The translations under genes were made by a program, and so were the position numbers. Below the pieces are notes generated by a model. It was not told the DNA's origin and searched no databases. It saw only the letters and a program-made list of their open reading frames with translations. 64,000 bases of DNA from Kiritimatiellia bacterium. Lineage in GTDB: Bacteria; Verrucomicrobiota; Kiritimatiellia; CAIVKH01. The DNA lies in NCBI GenBank assembly GCA_035327665.1, contig DAOLCW010000002.1, forward strand, positions 3,237 to 67,236, given 5' to 3'. This document shows, piece after piece, positions 1 through 8,911 of this stretch; positions within the stretch are counted from its first letter, which is position 1; each line of letters begins with the position of its first letter.

Positions 1-287
1 AATGCCAGGCCGAGCGTTCGCAGCACTCGAACCGCGACAAGGCGATGAAGATGCTTTCGGCGAAGTTGTACGAACTGGAGCGGGACAAGCAACGCCGGGA
101 GATGGAACAGTTTTACGGGGACAAAGGGGAAATCGCGTGGGGGCGGCAGATTCGCTCGTACGTGATGCAACCGTATACGATGGTCAAGGACCACCGGACG
201 GGTGCGGAGACATCGAATGTGGAGGCGGTGATGGACGGGGAGCTTGATGTGTTCATCGAGGCGTACCTCAAGCAAAGGAAGGGCTGA
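1..287 (+). CDS. prfB: peptide chain release factor 2, C-terminal fragment (5' end outside window; frame of ORF 45..287 extended to pos 3)
   Basis: Frame-3 translation ...[23 protein letters not shown]...[47 protein letters not shown] matches conserved RF2 C-terminus (SQHKNKDQAMKxLKAKLYELE...GWGSQIRSYV...RTGxET.N..AVLDG.LD.FIEA.LK). Confidence 0.85.
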   Translation, partial: CQAERSQHSNRDKAMKMLSAKLYELERDKQRREMEQFYGDKGEIAWGRQIRSYVMQPYTMVKDHRTGAETSNVEAVMDGELDVFIEAYLKQRKG

Positions 288-1084
288 TGAGCAGGGATTG
301 GCTTGCGGAAATCGTGCAGAACAAGCGGGGAGAGATTGCGGAACGGATTGCCGCCGTTTCCGTGGCGAACCTGAAAGCGGCGTGCGCGAAGGTTCAGGAT
401 CGTCCGGATTTCATGTCCGCAGTGACGGGGGGCCGGATGGGTCTGATCGCAGAGGTGAAGCGTCGCTCGCCGTCGGCGGGAGCGATTCGGGAGCCGTTCG
501 ATCCCGCAGCGATTGCGAGGGCGTACGAAGCGGCGGGGGCTCAGGCGGTGTCGGTGCTGATGGATCGCGTTTATTTTGGAGGGGGCGAGGAAGATTTCCA
601 GATGGTACGGGCGGCGATTGGCTTGCCGATGCTGTACAAGGAGTTCGTGGTGGATCCGTGGCAGATCTGGCATGCGGCCTCACTGGGGGCGTCGGCGATC
701 CTGTTGATTGCCGGGGTGTTGAATGAGGAGGAGCTAAGGGACATGATGGAGGTGTGCAAAGAGGCGGGCCTCGCTCCGCTGGTGGAAGTCCATGATGAGC
801 TGGAGTTGAACCTCGCGTTGGCGGCGGGAGCGCCCTGCATTGGCATCAACAATCGCAATTTGAAGACGTTTGTCACCACCTTGGATACAACCTATACGTT
901 GTTCAAGAAGGTGCCTGCGGGATGTCCAGTGATCAGTGAAAGTGGAATTCGCACTGCGGAAGATGTGGTAGGTTTACAGGCCGCGGGGATTAAAGGTGTG
1001 CTGGTAGGTGAGCATCTGCTCCGGCAGTCTGATCCGGGCGAGGCGGTGAACGTGTTGATGGGAAGTGCATGGGCTTGTTCGTAA
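287..1084 (+). CDS. trpC: indole-3-glycerol phosphate synthase
   Basis: 265 aa; IAEVKRRSPSAG, LPMLYKEFVVDPWQI, IGINNRNL motifs typical of TrpC; precedes trpF/trpB. Confidence 0.9.
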   Translation: MSRDWLAEIVQNKRGEIAERIAAVSVANLKAACAKVQDRPDFMSAVTGGRMGLIAEVKRRSPSAGAIREPFDPAAIARAYEAAGAQAVSVLMDRVYFGGGEEDFQMVRAAIGLPMLYKEFVVDPWQIWHAASLGASAILLIAGVLNEEELRDMMEVCKEAGLAPLVEVHDELELNLALAAGAPCIGINNRNLKTFVTTLDTTYTLFKKVPAGCPVISESGIRTAEDVVGLQAAGIKGVLVGEHLLRQSDPGEAVNVLMGSAWACS

Positions 1085-1686
1085 AAATTTGTGGCTTGGC
1101 GAGACGGGAGGACATCCTGGAGGTGGCAGCCTTCCGTCCGGATGCGATGGGTTTCGTGCTGTGGCCGGATTCCCCGCGAGCGATCGCAGCCGAGGATTTG
1201 ATCCGGTGGGCTCCGCTGATTCCTCCGGGCATCCGAAAGGTCGGTGTGTTTGTGGATCCGGAACTTTCGGAAGTCCGGCGGATCGCCAATCTGTCGGGGT
1301 TGGATGTGATCCAGCTTCACCGGGTGGAAAACATCGAACGGTTTCGTATGATCGGGCTTCCGATTTGGAAAGCAATCCATGCGGACCGGATGGCTCCGGG
1401 GGAAATCGGGGAGGGGCGCGTTGACGCATGGGTAGCCGATACGTACAGTAAAGATGTGCCGGGAGGTACGGGGAAGACCGGGAACTGGGAAGCCATTCGC
1501 GGCTTGGTACGTACCTCACGAGCGCCGGTTCTTGTCGCGGGGGGCTTGAACGAAAGGAATGTGGAGGAAGCCATTCGCCACATTCGACCGTGGGGAGTGG
1601 ATGTAAGTTCGGGCGTGGAAGCCGAGCCGGGAAAGAAGAATGTGAACAGCGTAAGGGAATTTATACGAGCATGTCGAAAACACTGA
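1069..1686 (+). CDS. trpF: phosphoribosylanthranilate isomerase
   Basis: 205 aa; [10 protein letters not shown]..., [17 protein letters not shown]; overlaps trpC by 16 nt. Confidence 0.85.
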   Translation: MGLFVKICGLARREDILEVAAFRPDAMGFVLWPDSPRAIAAEDLIRWAPLIPPGIRKVGVFVDPELSEVRRIANLSGLDVIQLHRVENIERFRMIGLPIWKAIHADRMAPGEIGEGRVDAWVADTYSKDVPGGTGKTGNWEAIRGLVRTSRAPVLVAGGLNERNVEEAIRHIRPWGVDVSSGVEAEPGKKNVNSVREFIRACRKH

Positions 1687-2891
1687 CCCAACCGGATGCC
1701 CGGGGCCACTTTGGAGGCTACGGGGGGATGTACGTCCCGGAAACGTTGATGACGCCGTTGATGGACCTTGAGAAGGCCTACCGGAGGATTCAGCGGGACA
1801 AGACCTTTCACAAGGAGTTGTCCTATTACCTGCGGGATTTTGTGGGGCGTCCGACCCCGTTGTATCTGGCAAGGCGGTTGTCGGAGGAGATCGGGGGAGC
1901 AGAGATCTATTTGAAGCGTGAGGATCTCTGTCACACCGGGGCCCACAAGATCAACAATTCGATGGGGCAGGTCTTGCTGGCCCGGCGTCTGGGGAAGAAG
2001 CGGATTATTGCGGAAACCGGGGCCGGGCAGCACGGGGTGGCCACTGCGACCGCGTGCGCGATGTTCGGCCTGGAGTGTGTGATCTACATGGGGAAAGTGG
2101 ATATGGCCCGCCAATCCCTGAATGTGTCCCGGATGCGGCGTTTGGGGGCGGAGGTGGTTGCGGTAACCGCAGGGCAGCAAACCTTGAAGGAGGCCATCAG
2201 CGAGGCGATGCGAGACTGGGTAACCAACATTCGCACCACCCATTACGTGATTGGATCGGCGCTGGGCGCGCATCCCTATCCCATGATGGTTCGTGACTTT
2301 CAGAGCGTCATTGGTAAGGAAGCGCGATCCCAGATCAAGAAACTGACGGGCAGGTTGCCGGATGGTTTGGTGGCCTGTGTGGGGGGAGGAAGCAATGCGA
2401 TTGGATTGTTTTATCCCTTCATCAAGGACAAAGGGGTGCGGATGATCGGCGTGGAGGCGGGAGGGGAAGGGATCCGCGATGGTCGTCATGCCGCACGTTT
2501 TGCCCAGGGCCGGATCGGCATTTTGCAAGGAACCCGAACCTATGTGCTTCAGGATGAGCATGGACAAATCATGCTCACGCATTCGGTGAGTGCGGGTCTT
2601 GATTATGCGGCGGTGGGACCGGAGCACAGTATGTTGCGGGACGAAGGCCGGGCGGAGTATGCCTATGCTTCGGACAACGATGCGATGCTCGGTGTGAACA
2701 CCCTTTGTCAACTCGAGGGTATTTTGCCCGCGCTGGAAAGCGCCCATGCCATCGGTTATCTGCTGCGCCACCCCAAAACGTTCAAGAAGGGCCAGATCGT
2801 GATTGTGAACATGTCGGGCCGGGGCGACAAGGACGTGATGGAGATGGAGCGCTGGGATGCCGAGCGGGCGCAGCGCGGAGGTCACGGATGA
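1671..2891 (+). CDS. trpB: tryptophan synthase beta subunit (ORF track starts at 1590; ATG at 1671 '[27 protein letters not shown]' preferred)
   Basis: [24 protein letters not shown] (PLP lysine motif), GGGSNAIG; classic TrpB. Confidence 0.9.
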   Translation: MSKTLTQPDARGHFGGYGGMYVPETLMTPLMDLEKAYRRIQRDKTFHKELSYYLRDFVGRPTPLYLARRLSEEIGGAEIYLKREDLCHTGAHKINNSMGQVLLARRLGKKRIIAETGAGQHGVATATACAMFGLECVIYMGKVDMARQSLNVSRMRRLGAEVVAVTAGQQTLKEAISEAMRDWVTNIRTTHYVIGSALGAHPYPMMVRDFQSVIGKEARSQIKKLTGRLPDGLVACVGGGSNAIGLFYPFIKDKGVRMIGVEAGGEGIRDGRHAARFAQGRIGILQGTRTYVLQDEHGQIMLTHSVSAGLDYAAVGPEHSMLRDEGRAEYAYASDNDAMLGVNTLCQLEGILPALESAHAIGYLLRHPKTFKKGQIVIVNMSGRGDKDVMEMERWDAERAQRGGHG

Positions 2892-3772
2892 CTCTGGTCA
2901 GCATGACGGGATATGGGCAGGGATCCGCGAACAAGGATGGCGTATCCATCACTGCGGAGGTCAGCTCGGTCAACCGGAAGCAATTGGATATTGTCCTGAA
3001 TCTTCCGCGATCCCTTCAACCGCTTGAAGCGATGATCACCCAATTGATCCGGGACGTGGTTCATCGGGGCCGGGTGTCGATGACGTTGTCGCTGGCCGGC
3101 GAAGGGGGGGGGTCGGGGTCGAGCCTTCGACTTGACGAGGCGCTGGCCCGTTCGGTGATCAAGCAATGTCGTGATGCGGCGGGTCGCTTGGGCGTCGAGT
3201 CGGGATTGACCCTCGCGGATGTACTCCGGATTCCCGGTGTGCTGGTTGTTCGTGATGCTGGTGCGGATGTCCAGAAGGTGGAACCACTGGTGCGCCGGGC
3301 GGTGATCAAGGCGCTCACGGGATTACGGGAGGCCCGGGGGAAGGAGGGCGAGGCGATGGCACGAGAGTGCATGCGCTGGATCACACGTAAACGTAAAACC
3401 TTGTCCTCGATCCGGCAACGGGCTCCGGGCATGGTGAAGACCTATCGCAAGCAACTTCAACAACGCATTCAAAGCCTCGCCGGAGATCTTGAGATTCCGG
3501 CAGACCGATTGGAGCGGGAAGTGGTTTTGTTTGCCGACCGCTCAGACATTCACGAGGAGATCGCAAGGTTGGAAAGCCATTTTGATCAGGCGGATAGCCT
3601 GCTTCATGAGAAAGGTCCTGTGGGCCGCAATCTCGACTTTCTCGCCCAGGAAATCCTTCGCGAGATCAACACGATTGGCTCCAAGTGTTCGGACCCGGTG
3701 ATTTCCCGCCATGTGGTCAACCTGAAAGCCGATCTTGAACGTTTTCGCGAACAAGTACAGAATGTCGAATGA
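2888..3772 (+). CDS. YicC-family stress-induced protein (UPF0701)
   Basis: ATG at 2888 overlaps trpB stop (ATGA); [13 protein letters not shown]-terminus and C-terminal [18 protein letters not shown] typical of YicC/YloC family. Confidence 0.8.
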   Translation: MTLVSMTGYGQGSANKDGVSITAEVSSVNRKQLDIVLNLPRSLQPLEAMITQLIRDVVHRGRVSMTLSLAGEGGGSGSSLRLDEALARSVIKQCRDAAGRLGVESGLTLADVLRIPGVLVVRDAGADVQKVEPLVRRAVIKALTGLREARGKEGEAMARECMRWITRKRKTLSSIRQRAPGMVKTYRKQLQQRIQSLAGDLEIPADRLEREVVLFADRSDIHEEIARLESHFDQADSLLHEKGPVGRNLDFLAQEILREINTIGSKCSDPVISRHVVNLKADLERFREQVQNVE

Positions 3773-4386
3773 TTCAAAACCGTCAACGACCCTTGCTGAT
3801 CATCATCTCCGCCCCGTCCGGCACTGGAAAAACCACGCTGTGCGACCGTTTGGTGGCAGAGTTCCCCTCCATGCGGTATTCGGTTTCCTGCACGACCCGC
3901 CAACCCCGGGAAGGGGAATTGGATGGCGTGGACTACTACTTCCTTTCCACGGCGGCCTTCGAGGAGAAGATCGCCGAAGGTGCGTTTATCGAGTACGCCA
4001 ACGTACACGGTCATTGGTACGGCACGCTCAAAAGCTCGGTGCTGGATGCGCTGGGCCGGGGGCTCGACCTCTTGATGGACATTGATGTTCAGGGCGCCCA
4101 GAAGATTCGGGATCTTATAGAACGAGGGGAAGTCGATCCCATGCTCAAGCGGGGATACGTGGACGTTTTCATCGCGCCTCCATCCCTTAAAATACTGCGA
4201 ACGCGCCTGCGGGGGCGAGGAAAAGACAGTGATGAGGTGATCGAACGGCGCATGCAGCAGGCGGAGCAGGAGATCTCGCATTGGGATCGCTACGACTACA
4301 CCATCATCAACGATCGGCTTGATGCATCGCATGATGCACTGCGCGCGGTGATCCTCGCCGAGCATCATCGTGTGGTGCGTGACTAG
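3769..4386 (+). CDS. gmk: guanylate kinase
   Basis: P-loop SAPSGTGKTTL, CTTRQPREGE, DYYF motifs; ATGA overlap with yicC. Confidence 0.9.
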   Translation: MIQNRQRPLLIIISAPSGTGKTTLCDRLVAEFPSMRYSVSCTTRQPREGELDGVDYYFLSTAAFEEKIAEGAFIEYANVHGHWYGTLKSSVLDALGRGLDLLMDIDVQGAQKIRDLIERGEVDPMLKRGYVDVFIAPPSLKILRTRLRGRGKDSDEVIERRMQQAEQEISHWDRYDYTIINDRLDASHDALRAVILAEHHRVVRD

Positions 4387-4440
4387 CGCGAGGGATGAAA
4401 CCCGCACAAAAAATATTTTCATTTTCTGATGCAACGATGA

Positions 4441-4469
4441 TTGACGTCGGAGAAAAACATTTCTATTTT
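4441..4469 (+). promoter_or_regulatory. candidate sigma70-type promoter TTGACG-N17-TATTTT in gmk/histone-like intergenic region
   Basis: TTGACG at 4441-4446, 17-nt spacer, TATTTT at 4464-4469; AT-rich context in otherwise GC-rich DNA. Confidence 0.3.
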
Positions 4470-4619
4470 GTGAGCAAGAGATCGTTGAAGAACGCTCTAT
4501 GACATCGCAAGCCAAACAATTTTTTATGCGGGCCGCTGAACAAGAGATGAAGCATCGTCCTTTGTCTTCCCGGCGCTTTGGCGTTTTGATCTCATCTCCC
4601 TTTCTTTCTCGCGTGGGTT

Positions 4620-4652
4620 GTTTTTTCACGCGTTCGTTTTTCATGGTGCGAC
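4620..4652 (+). terminator. terminator-like hairpin (CGCGTG-loop-CACGCG) followed by T-run
   Basis: cgcgtg ggttgtttttt cacgcg ttcgttttt; 6-bp GC stem, U-rich loop and tail. Confidence 0.3.
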
Positions 4653-4826
4653 ACCTTCAGTCATCTGACGCGCAAGAGTCTGGGCTTTCCCTCCGGAGGG
4701 TTCCGATCCTGGCAGAGGCAAGTGCAGGAAGGTAATGGGTCCATGCTTCCGGATTCCGGTCCGGTGGTCACCTGAAACAATCGGTACGAAACGAAAACAA
4801 CAAACCAGTAGAAGGGAGGGATAGAG

Positions 4827-4949
4827 ATGGCAAAGAAAGTAGCTAAGAAAGCAGCTGCGAAGAAGGCTCCGGCGAAGAAGGCCCCGGCCAAGAAGGCAGT
4901 AGCAAAAAAGGCCCCGGCTAAGAAAGCCGCGGCCAAGAAGAAAAAATAA
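4827..4949 (+). CDS. histone H1-like / Lys-Ala-rich nucleoid-associated small protein (40 aa; absent from ORF track)
   Basis: ATG 4827 preceded by GAAGGGAGGG RBS; translation MAKKVAKKAAAKKAPAKKAPAKKAVAKKAPAKKAAAKKKK; TAA stop 4947-4949; followed by strong hairpin + T-run. Confidence 0.6.
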   Translation: MAKKVAKKAAAKKAPAKKAPAKKAVAKKAPAKKAAAKKKK

Positions 4950-4992
4950 ACCGTAGTGCAAGTACGGTTGATTCTCGTTAAGAGAGTCCATT

Positions 4993-5046
4993 GAAATGAC
5001 GGCTCGCGACCGCCCAAGTCAAAGAGCCGTCATTTCGTTTTTCTCT
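4993..5046 (+). terminator. rho-independent terminator downstream of histone-like ORF
   Basis: gaaatgacggctc ...18-nt loop... gagccgtcatttc followed by gtttttctct. Confidence 0.6.
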
Positions 5047-5154
5047 TCATGGGCAATTTCCCAGATTCCGGCGTGGGATAGCAACGACTGTTTGGAGGAA
5101 CTTGACAGCCCCACATTCTGTAGGTAAGGGGGAGAAAGACGTAACAACATCTAG

Positions 5155-5174
5155 TGTGTACAAATATGTACACA
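5155..5174. promoter_or_regulatory. inverted repeat TGTGTACA-AATA-TGTACACA 16 nt upstream of nrdR ATG (operator candidate)
   Basis: perfect 8-bp arms; overlaps where nrdR core promoter should lie; loosely resembles palindromic NrdR-box architecture. Confidence 0.35.
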
Positions 5175-5189
5175 CGGTAAGGACCCTGC

Positions 5190-5645
5190 ATGAAGTGCCC
5201 AAAGTGTGGTCATCTGGACGATAAAGTGATCGATAGCCGGTCCATCCGCAATGGGGATGTGATCCGGAGACGGAGGGTCTGCCTGAAATGCGACTACCGT
5301 TTTACCACCTACGAAGAAGTGGTGAAGGCAACGCTTCGGATCACCAAGCGCGATGGACGGTATGAGGAGTTGGACCGGAAGAAACTGTTGAGCGGAGTGG
5401 AGCGCGCGTGTGAAAAACGACCGATCAGCACGCAGCAGATCGAGTCGTTGGTGGATGCGATCGTGACCGAACTCGAAAGCGAGTATGAGCGAGAGGTTCC
5501 GAGCACGGTCATCGGTCAAAAGGTTATGGACCGGTTGGAGGAATTGGACGAAGTGGCCTATGTGAGATTTGCTTCGGTCTATCGCCGGTTCCGGGACGTG
5601 AATCAGTTTTTGAGTGAAGTGGAAAGTTTGATCGGCCGGGAGTGA
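5190..5645 (+). CDS. nrdR: transcriptional repressor NrdR
   Basis: MKCPKCGHLDDKVIDSRS...RRRRVCLKCDYRFTTYEEV zinc ribbon + ATP-cone; 151 aa. Confidence 0.9.
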   Translation: MKCPKCGHLDDKVIDSRSIRNGDVIRRRRVCLKCDYRFTTYEEVVKATLRITKRDGRYEELDRKKLLSGVERACEKRPISTQQIESLVDAIVTELESEYEREVPSTVIGQKVMDRLEELDEVAYVRFASVYRRFRDVNQFLSEVESLIGRE

Positions 5646-5649
5646 TGCG

Positions 5650-6306
5650 TTGAGTTTTTATTGCCTGCATGAAAGAAAGGATGCGGCCAGGAGTTTTTCG
5701 GCGGTTCTTGCCGAGAAGATTCTCCGTGAGGGCGGGGTGGAACCGTCGATCCTCCGCGAAATCGAAGCGGGTTATGTTGCGGGCACTCCGGGGAGGGTGA
5801 CATCGGGAATGGGCACGACGGTATGGATTTCCCATTTGATCGGAATGATGAACCGGATGGAACAGGAGGATGTCGCGTGGAAGCTGTATCAAAGCGCAGC
5901 GGGAGCCGGACATGACCCATCATGGCTGGAGTGTTTGTTCCGATCCAGTTGCCATACTCCGGCTGCTCTGCACTTGCTGGAGTCGGGCATTGTGCATGGA
6001 TGGGATTGGGCAGGGGGGGACGTCTTATCCTCCCTCTGTGTGAACTTTAGCCGGATCGCCATAACGCCGGGGGACGGGCTCCTTCTCGCGCTTCACCAGG
6101 CAGGCCATCATGTCTTGACACCTTTCCTCGGTTGGTTCGACCAACGTTCCGGCCACTGCACGGTTCATGCCCGGGGTGTCCATGAACTCTGGCCACGGTT
6201 TGCAGGCAACCAAGGAATGAATCCGGTCCGCTGGCTTCGCGGGGAGTTCGAGGTTTGGGCGGAAAACCGGAAGTGGGAGGATACACCCTGGGTCATAGCC
6301 GCGTAA
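5650..6306 (+). CDS. hypothetical protein (TTG start; His/Trp/Cys-rich, no recognisable family)
   Basis: 218-aa ORF with genome-typical G-ending codon usage, fills gap between nrdR and mreB. Confidence 0.45.
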   Translation: MSFYCLHERKDAARSFSAVLAEKILREGGVEPSILREIEAGYVAGTPGRVTSGMGTTVWISHLIGMMNRMEQEDVAWKLYQSAAGAGHDPSWLECLFRSSCHTPAALHLLESGIVHGWDWAGGDVLSSLCVNFSRIAITPGDGLLLALHQAGHHVLTPFLGWFDQRSGHCTVHARGVHELWPRFAGNQGMNPVRWLRGEFEVWAENRKWEDTPWVIAA

Positions 6307-6440
6307 CCATTCGCGTCGGCGTGGACCATGGGACGGATTGAATCTTTCGCCGATCAGGGTGCACGGGAATTCAAGATAGCTCTTGACGGCCATCCGGCCA
6401 TCCCCCACAGTACGGCGTCTTAAAGGATGGGTAACCCTAA

Positions 6441-7481
<1,041 letters not shown>

Positions 7482-7511
7482 GTCCGGCTCACTCCGCTCC
7501 TCACACCATAA

Positions 7512-8402
7512 ATGCCGGCGGCACGGGGGCAATGCCCGGACGCCGGGGATGATGCAGGTAGCGTGAGGCAGTCGAAGTTAACAATTTGGCTCGTGATGGG
7601 CGTGGTGGTGCTCGTTCTATTGAATGTGCCCGATCCGGTCGGCAGCTCCATCCGGGGCGGTTTCCGGGAGGCATTATCCCCCTTGCAAGTGGCCTTGGCG
7701 AACGCATGGGAGAGGGTGAGCGAACAGGTTCAAGGGGTCCAACGGATGCCGACCCTGGCGGTCGAAGTGGCCCGGTTACAGGTGGACATCGAACAGTTGC
7801 AAACCCAGCTCGCCCTGTATTCCCGGTTGGAGCGGGAAAATGAGGAATTGGCCGGCGCGTTGGCGTTTGCCCGGCGGGCGCCGTACGAAGTGATTCCGGT
7901 GAGGATTATCGCGCGTTCCCGGGACGGTTGGTGGCAAACCCTGACCGTGGACAAGGGGACAGATCATGGTGTGCGTGAGCAGCAGGCGGTCATTACCCCG
8001 GAGGGATTGATCGGAAAGACGGTTCACGTATCGAGGCGATCTTCCCTGGTGTTGTTGATCTCCGATCCTTCCTTGAGGGTTTCGGTTCGTATTCCCCAGG
8101 CGGGCGCGTTTGGCATCTTGAGTGGGCGGGGTCCGTCATGGGATGGAGAAGTGGTCTGCCGGATGGAATTCATCAACCGGCGGTCGGGCGTGCGGGTGGG
8201 TGACGAGGTGGTAACGTCAGGACTGGGCGGAGTCTTTCCTCCCGATTTGGTGGTGGGAACGGTGCGTTCACTGGTTACGGATCCCTCGGGTTTGTTCCAA
8301 ACCGCATTGGTACGGGTGCGCGCAGATATTGCCGATCTACGGATTGCTTTTGTCGTATCCGATTCCTCGCCGCCGGTGCTTGAAGAGGGGGTGGCTCGAT
8401 GA
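7512..8402 (+). CDS. mreC: rod shape-determining protein MreC (start may be downstream GTG)
   Basis: N-terminal TM, coiled-coil LQVDIEQLQTQLALYSRLEREN, beta-rich C-terminus; follows mreB. Confidence 0.75.
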   Translation: MPAARGQCPDAGDDAGSVRQSKLTIWLVMGVVVLVLLNVPDPVGSSIRGGFREALSPLQVALANAWERVSEQVQGVQRMPTLAVEVARLQVDIEQLQTQLALYSRLERENEELAGALAFARRAPYEVIPVRIIARSRDGWWQTLTVDKGTDHGVREQQAVITPEGLIGKTVHVSRRSSLVLLISDPSLRVSVRIPQAGAFGILSGRGPSWDGEVVCRMEFINRRSGVRVGDEVVTSGLGGVFPPDLVVGTVRSLVTDPSGLFQTALVRVRADIADLRIAFVVSDSSPPVLEEGVAR

Positions 8403-8911
8403 TCTGGGTCGTGCTTGTTCTTGGCCTGATTATGGGAGGCGTAGCCCAAGGTCTCTTGCCGCTGGTCGAATGGGCGGGCCATTCCCCGTTGCCGTTGCTG
8501 GGAGGGTTGGTCGTTTACTACTCGCTGATGCACCGACGCGTGGTCCTGCTGACGGCGGCCAGCGTCGCGGGTCTCTTGCAAGACAGTCTTAGCTTAATGC
8601 CACTCGGTTATTCCTCCCTGTGTTTCTGTGTCATCGCGTTGGTCATTGAGCAATTCCGGGATGTATTGCTGGTCGATTTGTGGACGACCCATGGGTTTCT
8701 TGGCGGGGTAGCCAATCTGACCACGGTTGTTCTTACGTACCTTTTCCTTTTGAACGACGGTCTGAGCGGCCTTCCCGTTTGGTTTTTGGCTTCAAAGGCC
8801 TTCGGGTCGATCCTGCTCGGCGCGGTGACCGCCCCCCTGGTTTTTTGGGTGCTTCATGGTCTGGACCGGATGACCGGGTTTCATCCGGTGGAACGGGAGG
8901 GCCTGCTATGA
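8399..8911 (+). CDS. mreD: rod shape-determining protein MreD
   Basis: 170-aa polytopic membrane protein, ATGA overlap with mreC, followed by PBP2. Confidence 0.7.
   Translation: MIWVVLVLGLIMGGVAQGLLPLVEWAGHSPLPLLGGLVVYYSLMHRRVVLLTAASVAGLLQDSLSLMPLGYSSLCFCVIALVIEQFRDVLLVDLWTTHGFLGGVANLTTVVLTYLFLLNDGLSGLPVWFLASKAFGSILLGAVTAPLVFWVLHGLDRMTGFHPVEREGLL

Noticed and set aside
1317-2885. 522-aa minus-strand ORF across trpF/trpB
   Set aside because: Antisense shadow of clear trpF/trpB. The same applies to 3604..4644(-) over yicC/gmk, 9724..10749(-) over mrdA, 11796..12920(-) over rng, 13825..14889(-) over the amylase, 24048..25451(-) and 25448..26650(-) over gap/pgk, 40710..41909(+) over lepB, and 44135..45028(+) over truA.
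4499-4735. 78-aa ORF in the gmk/histone-like intergenic region
   Set aside because: Its codon usage is unlike neighbouring genes (T/A-ending). It runs through a terminator-like hairpin and has no RBS. The region is more likely non-coding (see the candidate sRNA finding).
4745-4780. CCGGATTCCGGTCCGG segment loosely resembling the SRP RNA GGUCCGGAAGGAAGC motif
   Set aside because: It does not reproduce the conserved SRP domain IV sequence or symmetric loop on either strand; likely a chance GC-rich repeat.
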